Below, in pieces: positions 60,559-64,000 of a stretch of 64,000 nt of DNA (its first letter is position 1; each line of letters opens with the position of its first letter). A program made the position numbers and the translations under genes. The notes under the pieces were generated by a model. That model was not told the DNA's origin. It saw only the letters and a list, made by a program, of their open reading frames with translations, and made no database searches. The stretch is from Elusimicrobiota bacterium (GTDB lineage: Bacteria > Elusimicrobiota > Elusimicrobia > UBA1565 > UBA9628). The stretch is taken from assembly GCA_035533295.1 (NCBI GenBank), contig DATLUA010000054.1:5002-69001 (forward strand). The letters run 5' to 3'.

Positions 60559-61974
60559 CTAGGAAACAGTTTTGAGGCGCACGGTGAAGCGGGATCCCGA
60601 GCCAACGGCGCTTGAGACCTCGACGCTTCCATCGTGGGCTTGGACGATGGCCTTGACCAAACTCAGGCCCAGACCGAGCCCGCGCTGCGAGCGGCCCGCC
60701 TCGCTGCGGTAGAGGCGCTCCCAGATTTTGGACAAATCCTGGGGTGGAATGCCGATGCCGGTGTCGCGCACGATGACGGCAATAAATCCGTCTTCCCGCG
60801 TCGCGGTTAAGTTTATTTCTCCCCCGGGATCGGTGTATTTGACGGCGTTGTCCAGGAGATTGGCGACGACGCGGCGCATGCGGCCGCGATCGCAGAGGAC
60901 GCGGATATCCTCCCCCCCGGCGACATCGACGCGGAGTCCTTTTTCTTCGGCGGCATAGCGGTAGGCCTCGCGGGCCTCGCGCAGAAGCTCGGAGACGTTT
61001 GTCGGCTCCATCGAGAGCGCCATCGTCCCGGTCTCCGCCTCCGAGATGTCCATCAGCGTGTCGAGCATGCCCAGGACCTTGTCCGATTCCTCGACGCAGT
61101 CGGCGAGGGCCTCGCGGTAATCGGAGACGTCGGCTTCGGATCTTAAGGGAAGCTCGGCGACGGCCCGCAGGCGGGTCATGGGCGTGCGCAGATCGTGCGC
61201 GACGTTATCCAGGGCGCTCTTCATTCCGGAAACCAGCGCCTCGATGCGCTCCATCATGCCGTTGAAGAGTTCCGTGAGTTCCTGCAGTTCGTCACCCGTG
61301 TGGCGCAGAGGCGCCCGGGCGCCTATGGCGCCTGATTTGACGGCTTCGAGCGTTCGGACAAGCCCGCGGATGGGCGAGAGCGCCCGGCGGGACATGAGGA
61401 AGGCTCCGACCAACCCTAGAATAATCGCCAGCACGAAAACGGCCGCCAATATCCAACGGAAGCGCTCCAACACGTCTTCTCGGCGCGCCGTGCTCTGCCC
61501 TATCTGCAGAATTTCTCCGTTCGGCAGCGCCTGCGAGACTATCTCCATAGACTGATCGTCGGGCGGCGCCGGGATGGAAGTCCATGAGGGCTTTAAACCC
61601 GCCGGAGGCGTTATCCCGGGCAGGTTGAATTTACTCCAGCCGTTGGCTCTCAGATCGAAAATGCCGCGTCGGCCGGCGCCAAGAAGGCGGATGAGGCGGA
61701 TGTCTTGGCCGCCTTCCCAAATTTGGGTGGCGGCCTCTGATTTCAAGCCCGCCAAGCCCTCGTCCCGATACTCGTCGCGGAAGTGGACGAGATCGGAGGC
61801 GATGGCGGCGCGATCTCCGCGCCTAAGAGATGACGCGACGAAGAAGTAGGCCGCGGTCATGGCGGCGGCGTTGCCGAGAAGAAAAAACGCGGCGGACCAA
61901 GCCGCCAGCCGGAAGCTCAGAGATTTGGGTCGGGGCCGAAACGCCTCAGGAGCCTTTAAGGACATATCCGACAC
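60559..61974 (-). CDS. Sensor histidine kinase (2 TM, HAMP, HisKA, HATPase_c)
   Basis: H-box DNVAHDLRTPMTRL, N-box LLDNAVKYT, G1 VRDTGIGI, G2 GLGLGLSLV. Confidence 0.9.
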   Translation of the reverse strand: MSDMSLKAPEAFRPRPKSLSFRLAAWSAAFFLLGNAAAMTAAYFFVASSLRRGDRAAIASDLVHFRDEYRDEGLAGLKSEAATQIWEGGQDIRLIRLLGAGRRGIFDLRANGWSKFNLPGITPPAGLKPSWTSIPAPPDDQSMEIVSQALPNGEILQIGQSTARREDVLERFRWILAAVFVLAIILGLVGAFLMSRRALSPIRGLVRTLEAVKSGAIGARAPLRHTGDELQELTELFNGMMERIEALVSGMKSALDNVAHDLRTPMTRLRAVAELPLRSEADVSDYREALADCVEESDKVLGMLDTLMDISEAETGTMALSMEPTNVSELLREAREAYRYAAEEKGLRVDVAGGEDIRVLCDRGRMRRVVANLLDNAVKYTDPGGEINLTATREDGFIAVIVRDTGIGIPPQDLSKIWERLYRSEAGRSQRGLGLGLSLVKAIVQAHDGSVEVSSAVGSGSRFTVRLKTVS

Positions 61975-62632
61975 CGCGGATGGTCTGGATCATTTTTTCG
62001 GCAAAGGGCTTGTCTATCTTGTCGCGCAGGCGGCAGACGAGCACGTCGACCACGTTGGTCTGCGGATCGAAATCATAGTTCCACACATTTTCCAGGATCA
62101 TCGCTTTGGAAACTGGCCGCCCGGCGTTGCGTGCGAGATACTCCAGGAGGACGAATTCTTTAACCGGAAGGTCTATTTTTCCGCCGGATCGGACAACCTC
62201 GCGCGTGATAATATTGATGGAAAGATCGCCCACGGCCAGAAGCGCTGAACCCGCGGCGCCCTGGGCCGCGCCGCGGGTTCGCCTCACCAAGGCCTCAATG
62301 CGGGCGAGGAGTTCGGAGAAGGAGAAGGGCTTGGTGAGGTAGTCGTCCCCGCCGGCGCGCAATCCCTTGACGCGGTCGTCCACCGAGCGCTTGGCGCTCA
62401 AAATCAGGACCGGGACGCCGATTTTTTCCCGCCGGATTCTCTCGATGAGGGAGAGCCCGTCCAATTTTGGAAGCATGACGTCCATCACCGAGGCGGCGTA
62501 AGGCTCGCCGAGTAGGCGGCGGTAAGCCGTCTCACCATCGGCCGCGCGATCCACCACGAAGCCGGATCCCTTGAGCCCGCGGCCGATGAAAGCGGCGATT
62601 TTCGGGTCGTCTTCTACGACCAGTATGCGCAT
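61946..62632 (-). CDS. OmpR-family response regulator (CusR/CopR-like)
   Basis: ATG 62632: MRILVVEDDPKIAAFIGRGLKGSGFVVDRAADGETAY...DVMLPKLDGLSLI...LSAKRSVDDRVKGLRAGGDDYLTKPFSFSELLARI, plus a winged-helix C-terminus (...IQTIRGVGYVLK). Confidence 0.93.
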   Translation of the reverse strand: MRILVVEDDPKIAAFIGRGLKGSGFVVDRAADGETAYRRLLGEPYAASVMDVMLPKLDGLSLIERIRREKIGVPVLILSAKRSVDDRVKGLRAGGDDYLTKPFSFSELLARIEALVRRTRGAAQGAAGSALLAVGDLSINIITREVVRSGGKIDLPVKEFVLLEYLARNAGRPVSKAMILENVWNYDFDPQTNVVDVLVCRLRDKIDKPFAEKMIQTIRGVGYVLKGS

Positions 62633-62741
62633 GAGTGTCCGTGGATTTAACCATAGTTGGGAGCGGAAATGAAAACGCTCGCGGCCGGGCAGCAATGTCG
62701 CCCGGCCGCGCACTGACGCCGCTTTGTGGTTCCTGCTTCTT

Positions 62742-63231
62742 CTAGAAGCCCCAACCCACGATGAGGTGGTAGTATGCGTCGGCCACGAGCTGGTTTCCGT
62801 TGGAGTGCTGATAGACCGGAAAGCCCACGCCCGCGTCGACTTTCCAGGTGGGCGAGCCCAATTCCCGGTCGGGCCGCAACAGAATGCGCTGGTAGCCGGT
62901 GTCGGCCGAGTTCGCCGCGATCAAGGTGGGCTCGTCTCATTCGCCGTCGGCGAAATACATTCACTTGTTGTCCGACGTGATGGCGTCCGTGTGGTAGCCG
63001 CCCGAAAGGATTTGGGTGCTGCCGGTTCCCAACTCGGCGTCGCGATCGAAGTTGGCATAGGTGTCGTCGCCGGTGGGTAGCATGGAGTCGGTCTGGGTGT
63101 CGAAGACTCCGCAGCCGCAGGCGCGCAGCTCCAGGCTTCTCGGGGATGGGCGCCGCGGCGAGAAAGGCCGCGAGCGCCAAGAACGCGCTCGGGCGCGCCC
63201 AAGCGCGGATTTTTTTAAAAGGCAATGGCAT
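62742..63231 (-). pseudogene. Small outer-membrane beta-barrel-like protein, disrupted (one frameshift and two in-frame TGA)
   Basis: Signal peptide MPLPFKKIRAWARPSAFLALAAFLAAAP from ATG 63231 in one frame. The high-GC3 body is in another frame: ...GVFDTQTDSMLPTGDDTYANFDRDAELGTGSTQILSGGYHTDAITSDNK*MYFADGE*DEPTLIAANSADTGYQRILLRPDRELGSPTWKVDAGVGFPVYQHSNGNQLVADAYYHLIVGWGF (terminal F). Confidence 0.55.
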
Positions 63232-63339
63232 AAAGGCTCCTTGAATTAATCGCAAATCGAACGTCGGGCGATTATGCGAAATACTGCCGCGCTAACCGCG
63301 TACGGGGACGGCTCAATGGAAGGCGGGATTCAAGCGTTT

Positions 63340-63543
63340 TTAGGCGGCGGCGAGGGCGGCGCTCGCATGGCAACTCGTCGGCGGGAAAAATGGCGCGTAG
63401 GACTGTGACGGCCTGGCCGAGATCGTTTCGTGCGCGCCGATGCTGCGGCGGATTTTAAGGCACAGGGAGCAGGGGTGTCTGCCGTCGAAAGCCATGGCCA
63501 TGGCGCGTTGCGCCAAGTGGGTCCGCGAGTAGCGCCACGCCAT
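63340..63543 (-). CDS. Small hypothetical Cys/His-containing protein (67 aa), weak call
   Basis: MAWRYSRTHLAQRAMAMAFDGRHPCSLCLKIRRSIGAHE... High third-position GC. No family recognised. Confidence 0.25.
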   Translation of the reverse strand: MAWRYSRTHLAQRAMAMAFDGRHPCSLCLKIRRSIGAHETISARPSQSYAPFFPPTSCHASAALAAA

Positions 63544-63705
63544 GCGGCCCCACGCGCGGCCAGCAGAATCAATCGCAGACAACGGACTCCGCGGCCGCGC
63601 GTGGGCATCGGAGGCAGTTTGCAAAATCGAAGTTTTAATTTTCTATGATAATTTCGCCTGGAGTTTATCCGCGGCGGCATCGTTCGGAAAATGAGGAGGC
63701 GGAAC

Positions 63706-64000
63706 ATGAAGGGAATCATGACGGGGGCGGTTGGAGTTATCGTTCTGGGAGCGCTGGCGGCGCTGACCGCGGTGCATTTCGGGCTGGTGCCCGCGAACGC
63801 CGACGCAGCGCCCTCGGCGCTGGAGACTTGGGCGGCGCATACGTCTTTGCGCGCGACCATCCGGCGAGAGGCACCCCGCGGACCCAATCCCGTGAAACTT
63901 AATGAGAAAAATCTCCTGGCCGGCATCAAGCTTTACGCCCGCGATTGCGCCGTCTGCCACGGCGCGATAGACGGAAAAGCCTCCAACGTGGCGATGGGGC
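63706..64000 (+). CDS. Membrane-anchored c-type cytochrome, paralog of 25235..25837; runs off the right window edge
   Basis: SD aggagg (63694-63699) then ATG 63706. MKGIMTGAVGVIVLGALAALTAV...VPANADAAPSALETWAAHTSLRATIRREAPRGPNPV...LYARDCAVCHGAIDGKASNVAMG aligns with LPANADAPPPALERWLATTALNALILREATTKPNPV...IYAANCAICHGAADGRASNVARG. Confidence 0.7.
   Translation, partial: MKGIMTGAVGVIVLGALAALTAVHFGLVPANADAAPSALETWAAHTSLRATIRREAPRGPNPVKLNEKNLLAGIKLYARDCAVCHGAIDGKASNVAMG

Noticed and set aside
62937-62963. TGA recoding (selenocysteine or a UGA sense codon) in the OMP gene
   Set aside because: TGA clearly terminates many well-supported genes in this window (ECF sigma, the Type ISP enzyme, cinA's neighbour and others). 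The same gene also carries a frameshift. The local hairpin is a 6-bp stem with a 3-nt loop, unlike a bacterial SECIS.
1-64000. tRNA, rRNA, tmRNA, integrase or transposase genes flanking the island
   Set aside because: I scanned intergenic regions by eye for T-loop (GGTTCGAATCC-like) and acceptor-stem patterns and for recombinase motifs and found none. Eye scanning is not exhaustive, so tRNAscan/Infernal should confirm.

Overview
High-GC chromosomal segment (sampled 60-nt lines about 65-70% G+C) from a diderm bacterium. The phylum is uncertain. OM beta-barrels, TolC, LolA and Tol/Ton genes, a PSCyt1-type cytochrome and several DUF2723/TMTC-like glycosyltransferases hint at an uncultivated PVC- or Elusimicrobia-like lineage, but that is a guess. 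Most of the window is core or envelope genes:
- MFS transporter, porin-like protein, an ECF sigma/anti-sigma pair and a Na+/solute symporter
- rpsO-pnp-accB-ftsK-lolA-rodZ-pgsA
- four polytopic GT-C-like membrane proteins (three with C-terminal TPRs), with a PAP2 phosphatase and a CoA-transferase
- c-type cytochromes
- a MoxR-DUF58-BatA/vWA-DUF4159 operon
- a DEAD-box helicase and ettA
- cinA
- a two-component system next to a TolC-MFP-RND efflux operon

Stand-out: a ~6.1 kb AT-richer island (45556-51665) sits between exbD and a tonB/tolA-like gene. It encodes a 1586-aa Type ISP restriction-modification enzyme (Mrr nuclease, SF2 ATPase, gamma-MTase, TRD). Two nt downstream is an uncharacterised protein whose N-terminal half looks like a class III nucleotidyl-cyclase homology domain. 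After that come a synonymously diverged duplicate of the ISP gene 3' end, a coupled 63-aa ORF, a hairpin and a CTAG-rich cluster of short direct repeats.

Other recurring signals:
- Near-consensus sigma70 promoters end 6-9 nt from start codons, suggesting a leaderless mRNA architecture.
- There are several decayed genes: a FAD monooxygenase, an IS66 remnant, a DUF2127 fragment, and an OMP with a frameshift plus two in-frame TGA codons.
- A ~200-bp purine-to-pyrimidine strand-switch inverted repeat lies at the ftsK/lolA junction.

No rRNA, tRNA or CRISPR array was seen. All family names are from my own reading of the translations; no searches were run.
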